Source of the DNA: an uncultured bacterium
Lineage (GTDB): Bacteria > Krumholzibacteriota > Krumholzibacteriia > Krumholzibacteriales > Krumholzibacteriaceae
Reading direction: 5' to 3'
DNA: 64,000 nt
Assembly (NCBI GenBank): GCA_965371515.1
Contig: CBDUYR010000001.1
Coordinates: 1 to 64,000, forward strand
Below are positions 19,518 through 29,800 of this stretch, in pieces; the stretch's first letter is position 1; each line of letters begins with the position of its first letter. Both the position numbers and the translations under genes were made by a program. The notes under the pieces were generated by a model. It saw only the letters and a list, made by a program, of their open reading frames with translations, did no database searches and was not told where the DNA came from.

Positions 19518-21623
19518 ATGCCGGGTAAGGTGACGTTCATTCTGGGGATCCACAATCATCAGCCGGTCGGCAATTTCGATCATGTCATTGAAGAGGCCTA
19601 CGAGAAGGCCTACCTGCCGTTCATTGAGGTGATGAAGGACTATCCGCGCATCCCGTTCGCGTTGCACTGCAGCGGGATACTGTGGGACTGGTTCGCGGAA
19701 AAGCATCCCGAATACACGGAGGCCGTCGCGTCGATGGTCTCAGCCGGTCAGGTCGAGATCATGTCGGGCGGTTACTACGAGCCGATCCTCACGGTCATCC
19801 CCGAGAGGGACAGGCAGGGCCAGCTTGCCATGATGAAGGATTTTATCGACGGCGCATTCGGCGTGAAGCCGCGCGGCTGCTGGCTGACCGAGAGGATCTG
19901 GGACCCGCACCTGCCCGACACCCTGTCCAGGGCGGGCCTCGAGTACGTGATCGTCGACGACTCCCACTTCAAGAGCACCGGCTTCACTGCGCAGCAGATG
20001 CGTGGATTCTTCCTGTCCGAAGAAAACGACGAGTACATAAACGTATTTCCGATAGACAAGACGCTGCGGTACCTGATCCCTTTCCACGATCCGCAAGAGG
20101 CAATAGGGCATCTCAGGGCGATCTCGGAGGAGCCGGGCGGCGAGAGGAAGATCGCTCTGCTGGCCGACGACGGCGAGAAGTTCGGCCTCTGGACGGGGAC
20201 GTACGACCTGGTTTACAGGAAAAAATGGCTGCGCAGGTTCTGCGACGCCCTGATGAAGAATTCCGACTGGCTTTCGGTGTCGACCTTCTCGAGGGTCATC
20301 GATGAGACGCATCCCAGGGGCATTGTGTATCTCCCCACCGCCTCGTACAGCGAGATGATGGAATGGGCCCTCCCGCTGCGTGCGCAGGAGGTCTATCAGG
20401 ACGCGAAGGGCCTCCTCACCGACAGCGGGCGGTTCCCCGAAGCAGCCGAGGCGGTGAAGGGCGGCTTATGGCGTAACTTTCTCGTCAAGTACGAGGAAGC
20501 GAACTGGATGCACAAGAGGATGCTGCGCGCCAGCGCGCTTCTCGATCGATCAGGGAAAGACGATGCGGAGGCGAGGAGTCATCTCTACCAGGCGCAGTGC
20601 AACTGCGCCTACTGGCACGGCCTCTTCGGCGGCCTCTACCTGCCGCATCTGCGCAGTGCGATATTCAGACATGTCCTCGAGACGGAAGCGGTCATGGACC
20701 GGCCGGCCTTCGAACGGACGGATATCGACGGCGATGGGGTGGAGGAAGTGATCTTTTCCTCGCCGAAGATGCAGGCATTCTTCAAGGCGAAGGGCGGAGT
20801 CCTGCGAGAGCTTGACGACATGCGCGCGAGGTTCAACCTCACCGATACCCTTACGCGGCGCGAGGAGATATATCACAGGGATATCAAGGCCCTCGGAAAA
20901 CACGAGACCGTGGGAGGAGAAGCGGTCAGCATTCACAAGCTCGCCACGGCGAAGGAGGAGGGGCTTGCGAAGATGCTCCTCTACGACCGCTGGCCGAAGG
21001 CTTCCCTTTCGGACAGGTTCATGCCCGCAGATACAACGCTCGACGAGTTCGCGTCGGGCGCCTATACGGAACTGGGCGATTTCGTAGACGGCCTCTACAA
21101 TATCGAGACCGAAGGCGATGACGTTGTCATTATGGCAAGGGAAGGCTCGGTCGCACCGGACGGCTCTCCCGTGCCGGCAGGGATCGAAAAGAGGATCACG
21201 CTCGACGGCGGCGGTGTGTCGATGAACGTCGACTACACCGTAACTGCAGGCGGGAAGGGGCTTTCATGCCTCTTCGCCGTCGAGAACGTCTTCTCCTTCC
21301 TCGCCGGAGACGCGCCCGACAGGTATTTCGAGATCCCCGGCCGGAAGATCGGCGGGGGAACAAATCTCGCCTCCAGGGGGTCCGAGGAGGACGTCGGCCT
21401 CCTGAGGATGGTCGACGAATGGATCGGTCTCTCGCTGACAATGGAGCTCTCGCCAGGGACCGCCGTCTGGAGATACCCGATAGAGACTGTCTCGAATTCC
21501 GACACCGGTTTCGAAAGGGTCTATCAGGGCTCGGCGGTCGTAGCGGTGAGGAAGCTCGTTCTAGGCCCGGACGAAACTGAAACGTTCACCATGAGGATCG
21601 GCATCTCACAGGCTGATGGATGA
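19518..21623 (+). CDS. GH57 alpha-amylase / 4-alpha-glucanotransferase (DUF1925/DUF1926 architecture)
   Basis: HNHQPVGN, GGYYEP, WLTERIW (nucleophile E), DDGEKFG, AQCNCAYWHGLFGGLY, C-terminal GFERVYQG. Confidence 0.93.
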   Translation: MPGKVTFILGIHNHQPVGNFDHVIEEAYEKAYLPFIEVMKDYPRIPFALHCSGILWDWFAEKHPEYTEAVASMVSAGQVEIMSGGYYEPILTVIPERDRQGQLAMMKDFIDGAFGVKPRGCWLTERIWDPHLPDTLSRAGLEYVIVDDSHFKSTGFTAQQMRGFFLSEENDEYINVFPIDKTLRYLIPFHDPQEAIGHLRAISEEPGGERKIALLADDGEKFGLWTGTYDLVYRKKWLRRFCDALMKNSDWLSVSTFSRVIDETHPRGIVYLPTASYSEMMEWALPLRAQEVYQDAKGLLTDSGRFPEAAEAVKGGLWRNFLVKYEEANWMHKRMLRASALLDRSGKDDAEARSHLYQAQCNCAYWHGLFGGLYLPHLRSAIFRHVLETEAVMDRPAFERTDIDGDGVEEVIFSSPKMQAFFKAKGGVLRELDDMRARFNLTDTLTRREEIYHRDIKALGKHETVGGEAVSIHKLATAKEEGLAKMLLYDRWPKASLSDRFMPADTTLDEFASGAYTELGDFVDGLYNIETEGDDVVIMAREGSVAPDGSPVPAGIEKRITLDGGGVSMNVDYTVTAGGKGLSCLFAVENVFSFLAGDAPDRYFEIPGRKIGGGTNLASRGSEEDVGLLRMVDEWIGLSLTMELSPGTAVWRYPIETVSNSDTGFERVYQGSAVVAVRKLVLGPDETETFTMRIGISQADG

Positions 21624-21644
21624 TATGGAGTTGAACTGCTGATA

Positions 21645-22349
21645 ATGGATCCACTTCTGACAGCATCGCTTCTCGGTGGAGCGCTATCCTTCGAGTACCG
21701 CACTTCGATAAGGCTCTACCTGTCGACGCCGCTCGTCAGCGGACTGATTACCGGCATCTTCCTCGGTTCTCCCGCCCATGGGCTCGCGGCGGGACTGCTG
21801 ATGCAGCTGCTCTTCATAGGATCCGTGAGGCTCAGGGGGAGGCCCGAGCCCGACCTGTCTCCCGCAGGGGTCATCGCCTCGGCCGCATTCATAATAGTAT
21901 CGCGCGAGTCGGGCAGGATAACCCCGATGGACGGACTTATAATGTTCTGGTCCCTTCTGCTCGGACTGGCCGCCGCCGCCGCGGGTTCCATATTCTACAC
22001 GCAGTGGGAGAGGTTCGTCTCCAGGCCGGCCGGGCGTGGGCTCGATCTGGCCAGGCAGGGCCGGACCAGGACCGCCTCGGCGCTTCACCTGGCCCTTTCA
22101 CTTGTACATTTCGCCTGGGGTTTCCTGATAGTCCTCGTCGTGCTGCCGCCCGGGCTCGCGGCGGTGAAGTATCTCTCGACCCGGTTCGAGGTCATGGCGG
22201 CCGGATCGATGGGATCGCTTCCATTTCTGATACCGCTGGTCGCCGCGGGGGCACTTCTGAAGCTTCTGAGCGACAGGACGCGCCTCTTCTGGTTCGGAGC
22301 GGGATTTCTCATCGCCATCGTCTTCTTCGTGTTTGGAGGAGGCGTATGA
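21645..22349 (+). CDS. PTS mannose-family EIIC, divergent
   Basis: Hydrophobic; PLVSGLITGIFLG...GLLMQLLFIG pattern; position between EIIB/GH57 and EIID. Confidence 0.75.
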   Translation: MDPLLTASLLGGALSFEYRTSIRLYLSTPLVSGLITGIFLGSPAHGLAAGLLMQLLFIGSVRLRGRPEPDLSPAGVIASAAFIIVSRESGRITPMDGLIMFWSLLLGLAAAAAGSIFYTQWERFVSRPAGRGLDLARQGRTRTASALHLALSLVHFAWGFLIVLVVLPPGLAAVKYLSTRFEVMAAGSMGSLPFLIPLVAAGALLKLLSDRTRLFWFGAGFLIAIVFFVFGGGV

Positions 22350-23074
22350 TCTGGCTGGCACTCGATACTGTCTGGCGGCTCTTCTTTTTCCAGGGGTCAT
22401 GCAACGGCCAGACCATCTACGGCCTCGGGTTCTTCCACATCATGGAGCCCCTCGTGCGCCGCCTGGCCCGCGGGGGCCAGGACAGGGCAGAGACTGCGTC
22501 GAGGTATGCCGGATATTTCAACTGCAATCCGTACACGGTTTCGTATATCGCCGGCGCCCTGACCAGGATGGAACTCGATTCGGCCGGCTCGGGAGGGATA
22601 GACCCGCATAGAGGAGAGAGGGTCAGAGAGACGATGTCCGCCGCTCTCACCGCCAGGGGGGACTATTTTGTCGAAATGGTCCTGCTGCCCCTGTCGTTGA
22701 CAATCGGAAGCATTTTTGCTATCTATTCGTGGTATAGCGGACCGGTCGTCTTCCTGGTTCTATATAATCTGTATAATTTCCGGATAAGGATAGGCGGTTA
22801 CCGGACGGGTCTGCACCTGGGAGAGGGTACGGGACGGGCACTGGCGACCAGACTGCTGAAGGAGCAGAAACTGCTGGGCGCGGCCGCCGCCTTTTCCGCC
22901 GGGGTCCTTGCCGCTCTGTTGACGGCCAGGGCCTGGAGATACGGCGGACCGCGGATTGCCGCTGCGGGAGCTGTGCTGGCTACGGCGGCGTATTTTGCCA
23001 GGGGCAGGATGTCCCCGCTGAAGACGGCGTTACTGCTGTTGCTGGCTGCCGGGGTGTTTCTGGCGTTATGGTAA
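22346..23074 (+). CDS. PTS mannose-family EIID, divergent
   Basis: ATGA overlap with EIIC; FFQGSCN, YFNCNPY, ARGDYF, LYN...GYRTG patterns. Confidence 0.78.
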   Translation: MIWLALDTVWRLFFFQGSCNGQTIYGLGFFHIMEPLVRRLARGGQDRAETASRYAGYFNCNPYTVSYIAGALTRMELDSAGSGGIDPHRGERVRETMSAALTARGDYFVEMVLLPLSLTIGSIFAIYSWYSGPVVFLVLYNLYNFRIRIGGYRTGLHLGEGTGRALATRLLKEQKLLGAAAAFSAGVLAALLTARAWRYGGPRIAAAGAVLATAAYFARGRMSPLKTALLLLLAAGVFLALW

Positions 23075-23105
23075 AAGACTGCATGAAAAGGACAGGCAAA
23101 GAGAT

Positions 23106-23378
23106 ATGGTCACCGGTAAGGTCAAGGTCCTGAACAAGACCGGTGTTCATCTGAGGCTCGCCAACAAGATCGTCAGCGCCGCTTCCCAGTTCGAGGCGAC
23201 GGTGATGCTCGAGAAGGACGGTCTCGCGGTGAACGCGAAGAGCATGCTGGGAGTGGCGATGCTCGGCGCCGAGCGGGGAGCCGAGCTCACGTTGAATATA
23301 GAGGGAAGCGACGAACAGGAGGCCCTCGAGACTCTGACCGGGTTGTTCGAGACGAACTTCGGTAGAGAGGTGATCTGA
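23106..23378 (+). CDS. ptsH: Phosphocarrier HPr
   Basis: NKTGVHLR (His15), NAKSMLG (Ser46), EGSDEQEA. Confidence 0.94.
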   Translation: MVTGKVKVLNKTGVHLRLANKIVSAASQFEATVMLEKDGLAVNAKSMLGVAMLGAERGAELTLNIEGSDEQEALETLTGLFETNFGREVI

Positions 23379-25180
23379 TGGACCGCGAGCAGATCGAAAA
23401 AACAGAGATGATATTCGACGGCATCCCCGCATCGCCGGGAATCGCCTTCGGGGAGACCTTTGTTATCAACGTCGAGGACCTCTCGGTCGACGATGAACGG
23501 ATAGGCGTCGACCTGGTGGAAGGGGAGATCTCGAGGTTCGAGGAAGCCCTCGATGAGACCGAAAAGGAGTTAAAGGAGCTTTCCCGGGTGCTCGAGGAGG
23601 AGATGGGGATGGAGCACGCCAAGATCCTCGACTCGCACATTCTCATACTTTCCGACGAGGTCATGCACAAGGATACCGTCGATATGATCAGCTCCGAGCT
23701 TGTATCGGCTCCGTGCGCCTTCCATCGGGTGATCGAGAAGACGCTGAAGGTGTTCGACCAGATCAAGGACCAGTACCTCAAGGAGCGGTCCGAGGATATC
23801 CGCGACATCAGGAGGCGTGTCATCAGGAACCTTCTCGGCCAGAAGGTCGACGGACTCGCCAACCTGCGCAAGGAGGCTGTTGTCGTCGGGAAGAACCTGA
23901 CCCCTTCCGACACGATGGGATTCAAGCGCAAGTACGTGAAGGCCTTTGTATCCGACATGGGCGGGTCGACCTCTCACGCTGCGATCATGGCGAGGTCGCA
24001 TGGTATCCCGGCGGTTGTTGGCGCCGACGGATTCAGCGCGCACGCAAAGCCGTACGATAACATCATAGTAGACGGCACGACCGGTCAGGTCGTCCTCAAT
24101 CCCACACCGGAGACAGTCAGGCTCTACGAGGTGGCACAGGAGAGGTTCAAGCAGCTCGAGGCCGAGCTGCTTACTCTCAAGGACTACCCCGCGGTGACTC
24201 TCGACGGCCGCAAAATCGAGCTGTCGGGGAATATCGAGACAATCGACGAACTGGACGACATCATCAGTCACGGCGCAAAGGGCATCGGCCTCTTCAGGAC
24301 AGAGTATTTCTTCATGGGACGGAAGAGCCTCCCCGGCGAGGAGGAGCAGTACAAGTTCTACGGGGACGTCGTCAAAAGGATCGCTCCCGACCCGGTAATC
24401 ATAAGGACCCTCGATATCGGCGGCGACAAGTTTGTCAACTGGGTCGACGACAGGCCGGAGGAGAATCCCTTCATGGGATGGCGGGGAATAAGGTTCACCC
24501 TGTCGAGAAAAGACATATTCCGGACGCAGCTGCGGGCCATATACAGGGCCGCGGTGCACGGGCCGGTAAGGATAATGTTCCCTATGGTCTCGGTCGTCGA
24601 CGAGGTCAGGGAGGCGCTCGCGCTATGCGAAGAGGTCAAGGAAGACCTGAGCAGGGAGAGATATCAGTACGACAAGGACGTCGAGGTGGGGATCATGATC
24701 GAGACTCCCTCGGCCGTGGCGCTGGCCGACCACCTGGCGAAGGAGGTCGATTTCTTCAGCATCGGTTCGAACGACCTCGTTCAGTACACGCTTGCCGTCG
24801 ACAGGGGCAACTCGAGGATCGCCTATCTCTACGACGAGCTTCATCCGAGCATCATCAGGCTGATCAACGAGACGGTGAAGGCGGCGCACAAGAATAACAT
24901 ATGGGCCGGTCTCTGTGGTGAGATGACCGCCAGCGTCGGTGTTCACGGAACGTTGCTTCTGATAGGAGCGGGCCTTGACGAACTCAGCGCGCCGGCCTTC
25001 CTGATTCCCGAGGTCAAGAAGATCATACGGTCTGTGACTTACGACGAGACAAAAACCCTTCTGAAGAAAGCGCTCAGAAAGTCGACCTCAAAGGAGATAA
25101 GAGTCCTCATCGACAAGTATCTGAGGGACAGAAGGCCGGAGCTCCAGGAATTCGTGATCAAGGGTTCGAGCCAGGCATAG
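23378..25180 (+). CDS. ptsI: PTS enzyme I
   Basis: GSTSHAAIMAR, GIGLFRTE, RTLDIGGDK, ENPFMGWRG, SIGSNDL, CGEM. Confidence 0.97.
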   Translation: MDREQIEKTEMIFDGIPASPGIAFGETFVINVEDLSVDDERIGVDLVEGEISRFEEALDETEKELKELSRVLEEEMGMEHAKILDSHILILSDEVMHKDTVDMISSELVSAPCAFHRVIEKTLKVFDQIKDQYLKERSEDIRDIRRRVIRNLLGQKVDGLANLRKEAVVVGKNLTPSDTMGFKRKYVKAFVSDMGGSTSHAAIMARSHGIPAVVGADGFSAHAKPYDNIIVDGTTGQVVLNPTPETVRLYEVAQERFKQLEAELLTLKDYPAVTLDGRKIELSGNIETIDELDDIISHGAKGIGLFRTEYFFMGRKSLPGEEEQYKFYGDVVKRIAPDPVIIRTLDIGGDKFVNWVDDRPEENPFMGWRGIRFTLSRKDIFRTQLRAIYRAAVHGPVRIMFPMVSVVDEVREALALCEEVKEDLSRERYQYDKDVEVGIMIETPSAVALADHLAKEVDFFSIGSNDLVQYTLAVDRGNSRIAYLYDELHPSIIRLINETVKAAHKNNIWAGLCGEMTASVGVHGTLLLIGAGLDELSAPAFLIPEVKKIIRSVTYDETKTLLKKALRKSTSKEIRVLIDKYLRDRRPELQEFVIKGSSQA

Positions 25181-25196
25181 ACGCGGAGGAGGCGGG

Positions 25197-26273
25197 ATGA
25201 GTCCCGACCATTCGGCAAGACATTACGGGATAGACACGGACAGGATGCTCGACAAGGTCCTGGGTCTCCCGGACCAGATGGCCGAGGCGTGGGATCTTGC
25301 AGATGAGTTCGTCGAGTGCATGCCGGCCGGGGCCAGGACCCTGGTCATATGCGGGATGGGTGGGAGCGCCATCGGGGGGCAGCTCCTGCGCGACCTGATC
25401 GCCGAAGACTCGAACATTTCGGTGCATATCGAGAGAGGCTACACACTGCCCGCGTTCGCCGGAAAGGATACCCCTGTAGTTTGTATTAGTTACAGCGGCA
25501 ACACCGAGGAGGTCCTCGGTTGCTTCCGAGACGGACTCGAGAGAGGCGCGCCTATGGCCGTCATCTCATCGGGGGGCATCCTCACCGAGGAGGCCGGAAA
25601 GGCGGGGATACCGGCCCTTCGTATCCCCGGCGGTATGCCGCCGAGAGCGGCGCTGGGATATCTCTTCTCGCCGCTGCTGAAGCTCGCCGCATGCTGGGGT
25701 TTCTGCTCGATCGGTGAAGAGGAGTTCAGGTCGGTCCTGCGAAAGACGCGCAAGCTCCTTGACAAGTGCTCTCTCGATGCCGACCTCGCCGAAAACACAC
25801 CCCTGCAGCTGGCAAAGAGGCTCTACGGGAAGATCCCCGTCGTCTACAGCGGGAACGGGCTCCTCGTCGGGGCGGCGTACAGGTGGAAGTGCCAGTTCAA
25901 CGAGAACAGCAAGAGCATGGCCTTCGTCAACAACTTCCCCGAGCTGGGGCACAACGAAATAATGGGCTGGGACAGCCCGGAGAAGATACTGCAGGAAATA
26001 TTCCTCGTAATGCTCACCGACATCGACGACCACCCGAGGGTCGTGAAGCGGATGGACGTGACTTACGAGATGCTCGAGCCTCTCGCCGCGGGAGCGATCA
26101 AGCTCAACAGCGTCGGCGGCCCCGATTTTGCCGGGAGACTTGCCAGGCTACTTTCGATAGTCGCACTCGGCGATCTGACAAGCGTATATCTCGCCGTGGA
26201 ATCTGGAAAAGATCCCACGCCGATCGACAAGATAGAAGAGATAAAGACTCTGCTAAGATCGGAGGATGAATGA
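25197..26273 (+). CDS. Bifunctional phosphoglucose/phosphomannose isomerase
   Basis: GMGGSAIGG, SYSGNTEE, PPRAA, RWKCQFNENSK, PELGHNE. Confidence 0.92.
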   Translation: MSPDHSARHYGIDTDRMLDKVLGLPDQMAEAWDLADEFVECMPAGARTLVICGMGGSAIGGQLLRDLIAEDSNISVHIERGYTLPAFAGKDTPVVCISYSGNTEEVLGCFRDGLERGAPMAVISSGGILTEEAGKAGIPALRIPGGMPPRAALGYLFSPLLKLAACWGFCSIGEEEFRSVLRKTRKLLDKCSLDADLAENTPLQLAKRLYGKIPVVYSGNGLLVGAAYRWKCQFNENSKSMAFVNNFPELGHNEIMGWDSPEKILQEIFLVMLTDIDDHPRVVKRMDVTYEMLEPLAAGAIKLNSVGGPDFAGRLARLLSIVALGDLTSVYLAVESGKDPTPIDKIEEIKTLLRSEDE

Positions 26274-27244
26274 AAGCCGTAATCCCCGTCGCGGGCATAG
26301 GCAAGCGGCTCCGCCCCCATACTCACACGAGTCCCAAGGCGCTCATAGCCGTTGCGGGAAAGCCGATTCTCGGACATATCGTCGACAGCCTCGTCGATAT
26401 GGGAGTTACTGAATTGATACCGATAGTCGGATACAAGGGCGACCAGATAACCGAGTATCTTACGGACAGTTACGATCTCCAGATTGACTTTGTCCATCAG
26501 CAGGAGCAGAAAGGTATCGCCCACGCGGTAGACCTGACACGGCAGTACGCCGATAACTCGGAACTGATAATCATCCTCGGCGATACGATCATCGATACTG
26601 ATTTTACGAAGATACCGGAGACGGGTGATTTCGTCCTGGGAGTACGGGAGGTAGAGGACCCGAAGAGGTTCGGGATCTGCGAGGTCGAAGGCGGAGTCAT
26701 CACGAGTATTGTCGAGAAACCGGACGATCCCAAGGGCAACCTCGCAATAGTCGGGCTCTACTATTTCCGCGACTCGGCCCCTCTCTACGAGGCCTGTCGC
26801 GCGGTGATCGACAGGGACATAAAGACGAAGGGCGAGTACCAGATCACCGATGCCCTGTCACTGATGATCGAGAACGGCACTACGTTTATGCCGTACGAGA
26901 TCGACGGCTGGTATGACTGCGGCAAGGTCGAGACACTGCTGGAAACAAATCGCGTCCTGCTTGAGGGCGTGGAGAACGAGGCCCACGGAACAAATTCAGT
27001 GATAATCCCCCCATGCTTCATCGATTCCGGTTCGACGATCGAGAACTCGGTCGTGGGACCGTACGTGTCGGTAGCCGGCGGGTGCTCGATAACCGATTCG
27101 GTGGTGAAGAATTCGATACTGAACGAGCGAAGCTCGCTCTCGAACGTCGTCATCGACTCCAGCGTCATCGGGGCGGGAGCGGAGGTCACCAGGAGCAGCT
27201 CCAACCTCAACATCAGTGACGATTCGCAGGTCGATCTCGGGTAG
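26270..27244 (+). CDS. Sugar-1-phosphate nucleotidyltransferase with C-terminal left-handed beta-helix
   Basis: GIGKRLRPHT..PK, LGD, EKP, GEYQITDA, WYDCG, hexapeptide-repeat tail. Confidence 0.92.
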   Translation: MKAVIPVAGIGKRLRPHTHTSPKALIAVAGKPILGHIVDSLVDMGVTELIPIVGYKGDQITEYLTDSYDLQIDFVHQQEQKGIAHAVDLTRQYADNSELIIILGDTIIDTDFTKIPETGDFVLGVREVEDPKRFGICEVEGGVITSIVEKPDDPKGNLAIVGLYYFRDSAPLYEACRAVIDRDIKTKGEYQITDALSLMIENGTTFMPYEIDGWYDCGKVETLLETNRVLLEGVENEAHGTNSVIIPPCFIDSGSTIENSVVGPYVSVAGGCSITDSVVKNSILNERSSLSNVVIDSSVIGAGAEVTRSSSNLNISDDSQVDLG

Positions 27245-27332
27245 GGGGAATAATCGCTTGACTTGAAGCCCCCATTCAATGATTTGTATGCATATTGTAA
27301 ATTGATTAAACGAGTACGAGGGAGGACGATTA

Positions 27333-28472
27333 ATGTCTGAGAAGCATCTATTCACATCGGAATCGGTGACTGAGGGGCATCCCGACAAGGTTGCTGACCA
27401 GATATCGGATGCTATAGTAGATGCGATCCTGGAAAAGGATCCTATGGGCAGGGTGGCGTGCGAGACACTGGTGACGACAGGCCTCGCCTTTATCTCGGGA
27501 GAGATAACCACTGAGGCTTATGTGGAGATCCCGAAGATCGTGCGCGGCGTTGTCCATGATATCGGCTATAACGATCCCCACCTGGGATTCGCGTCGGAGA
27601 CCTCGGCTGTGATCACTTCGATCGATCCCCAGTCGCCCGACATCGCGATGGGTGTCGATACCGGCGGCGCCGGCGATCAGGGGATGATGTTCGGCTTTGC
27701 CTGCACTCAGACAGACGTCCTGATGCCTATGCCGATCCACATGGCGCATCTGCTCGTAAAGAAGATGTCCGAGGTGCGGAAGGGCGGAGTCGACTGGATC
27801 AAGCCCGACGGCAAGTCGCAGGTCACGATCGAGTATATCGACAATGTTCCTCACAAGATAAATACCGTACTGCTATCGACGCAGCATAGCGCCGAGGTGT
27901 CGCACGACGAGATCGAGGCTGAGTTGAGGAAGTTGGTCATTGAGCCGGTAGTGGCTGGATTCGACATTGATGCGTCTGACTACAGGACGCTCGTCAACCC
28001 GACCGGCATGTTCGTCAAGGGCGGACCGCAGGCCGACACGGGGCTTACCGGCAGGAAGATAATCGTCGACACGTATGGCGGATTCGGCAGCCACGGCGGC
28101 GGAGCCTTCTCGGGGAAGGATCCCACGAAGGTCGACCGCAGCGCCTCGTACGCGGCAAGACACGTCGCGAAGAATATTGTCGGCGCGGAATTCGCACGCG
28201 AGTGCGAGGTCCAGCTGGCCTACGCGATCGGCGTCGCCGAGCCCGTCTCGGTGATGGTCAATACCTTCGGTACCGGCAAGATCAGTGATGAGAAGCTCAC
28301 GGCTATCGTCCGCGAACTCTTCGACCTCACGCCGAAGGGAATCATAGAGAGACTCGACCTGAGACGTCCGATCTACCGCAAAACGGCGGCGTTCGGACAT
28401 TTCGGCCGCGAGGAAGACAGCTTCACCTGGGAAAAACTCGACTACGTCGACAAGCTCAAAGCGAAAGCATAA
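27333..28472 (+). CDS. metK: S-adenosylmethionine synthetase
   Basis: [47 protein letters not shown]. Confidence 0.98.
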   Translation: MSEKHLFTSESVTEGHPDKVADQISDAIVDAILEKDPMGRVACETLVTTGLAFISGEITTEAYVEIPKIVRGVVHDIGYNDPHLGFASETSAVITSIDPQSPDIAMGVDTGGAGDQGMMFGFACTQTDVLMPMPIHMAHLLVKKMSEVRKGGVDWIKPDGKSQVTIEYIDNVPHKINTVLLSTQHSAEVSHDEIEAELRKLVIEPVVAGFDIDASDYRTLVNPTGMFVKGGPQADTGLTGRKIIVDTYGGFGSHGGGAFSGKDPTKVDRSASYAARHVAKNIVGAEFARECEVQLAYAIGVAEPVSVMVNTFGTGKISDEKLTAIVRELFDLTPKGIIERLDLRRPIYRKTAAFGHFGREEDSFTWEKLDYVDKLKAKA

Positions 28473-28484
28473 GAAAGGAAAGGA

Positions 28485-29741
28485 ATGAAATACGACGCCA
28501 AGGACCTGGGCCTCGCACCGCAGGGCAAAGACAGGATCGAATGGGCCGAATCCACAATGCCGGTCCTCCGGATGATCAGGAAACGCTTCGAGGAGGAAAA
28601 GCCGCTCGACGGTGTCAGGATAGCCTCCTGCCTCCATGTCACGAGCGAGACGGCCAACCTGATGCGGACGCTCAAAGCGGGCGGCGCCGAGGTCGCCCTC
28701 TGCGCTTCCAACCCGCTGAGCACCCAGGACGATGTGGTCGCCTCGCTGGTGAAGGACTATGAGATCTCAGTCTTCGCCATCCGCGGCGCCGACAACGACC
28801 TTTACTACAGCCACATCAACGCATCGCTCGACATAAAGCCTCAGATCACGATGGACGACGGCGCCGACCTGGTCAGCACGGTCCACACGAAACGCCGCGA
28901 TCTTCTCGAGCACGTCATAGGCGGCTGCGAGGAGACGACGACAGGCGTCATCAGGCTCAAGTCGATGGAGCAGCACGGTGTTCTCGAGTACCCGATGATC
29001 GCCGTCAACGACGCGATGACGAAGCATTTCTTTGATAACAGGTACGGCACCGGCCAGAGCACGATCGATGGAGTGCTCAGGGCTACCAACGTCCTGCTCG
29101 CCGGCTCGCGCGTCGTGATATTCGGCTACGGCTGGTGCGGACGCGGCGTGGCGATGAGGGCGAGGGGAATGGGCGCCAACGTGATCGTATGCGAGATCGA
29201 ACCGGTCAAGGCACTCGAGGCCGTGATGGACGGCTTTTCCGTGATGGACGCGCACGAAGCGGCAAAGGTCGGCGACATATTCCTCACCCTGACCGGCAAC
29301 GTCTCGGTTATCCGTATGGAGCACTTCGAGGCGATGAAGGACGGCGCTATCGTGGCGAACTCGGGCCATTTCAATGTCGAGATCGACATCCCCGACCTGG
29401 AGAAGATAGCCACCGGCAAGAAGCGCATCCGCCACGAGCTCGACCAGTACACGATGCCCGACGGGCGGAAGATCAACCTGCTCGGAGAGGGAAGATTGAT
29501 CAACCTCGCCGCCGCCGAGGGACACCCGGCAAGCGTTATGGACATGAGCTTCGCGAACCAGTCGCTCGCGAGCGAGTATATCGTGAAGAAAGCGGACGAT
29601 CTCGAGAAGAGGGTCTACCCCGTGCCCGAGGATATGGACAGGGAGATCGCGAGACTCAAGCTCGAGTCGATCGGCTGCACGATCGATACCCTGACCGAGA
29701 AACAGGTGAAGTACCTCTCCTCCTGGGAGGAAGGCACCTGA
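28485..29741 (+). CDS. ahcY: Adenosylhomocysteinase
   Basis: [41 protein letters not shown]. Confidence 0.98.
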   Translation: MKYDAKDLGLAPQGKDRIEWAESTMPVLRMIRKRFEEEKPLDGVRIASCLHVTSETANLMRTLKAGGAEVALCASNPLSTQDDVVASLVKDYEISVFAIRGADNDLYYSHINASLDIKPQITMDDGADLVSTVHTKRRDLLEHVIGGCEETTTGVIRLKSMEQHGVLEYPMIAVNDAMTKHFFDNRYGTGQSTIDGVLRATNVLLAGSRVVIFGYGWCGRGVAMRARGMGANVIVCEIEPVKALEAVMDGFSVMDAHEAAKVGDIFLTLTGNVSVIRMEHFEAMKDGAIVANSGHFNVEIDIPDLEKIATGKKRIRHELDQYTMPDGRKINLLGEGRLINLAAAEGHPASVMDMSFANQSLASEYIVKKADDLEKRVYPVPEDMDREIARLKLESIGCTIDTLTEKQVKYLSSWEEGT

Positions 29742-29769
29742 TCCCTGATTTTTATTGAAAGAGTGAATG

Positions 29770-29800
29770 AGGGCCCCGGCAAACGCCGGGGCCTTTTTTT
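29770..29800 (+). terminator. Rho-independent terminator after ahcY
   Basis: ggccccggc-aaac-gccggggcc followed by T7, between convergent genes. Confidence 0.88.

Noticed and set aside
27245..27332. Possible SAM riboswitch upstream of metK
   Set aside because: The region is only 88 bp, AT-rich and promoter-like, with no SAM-I or SAM-II consensus visible.
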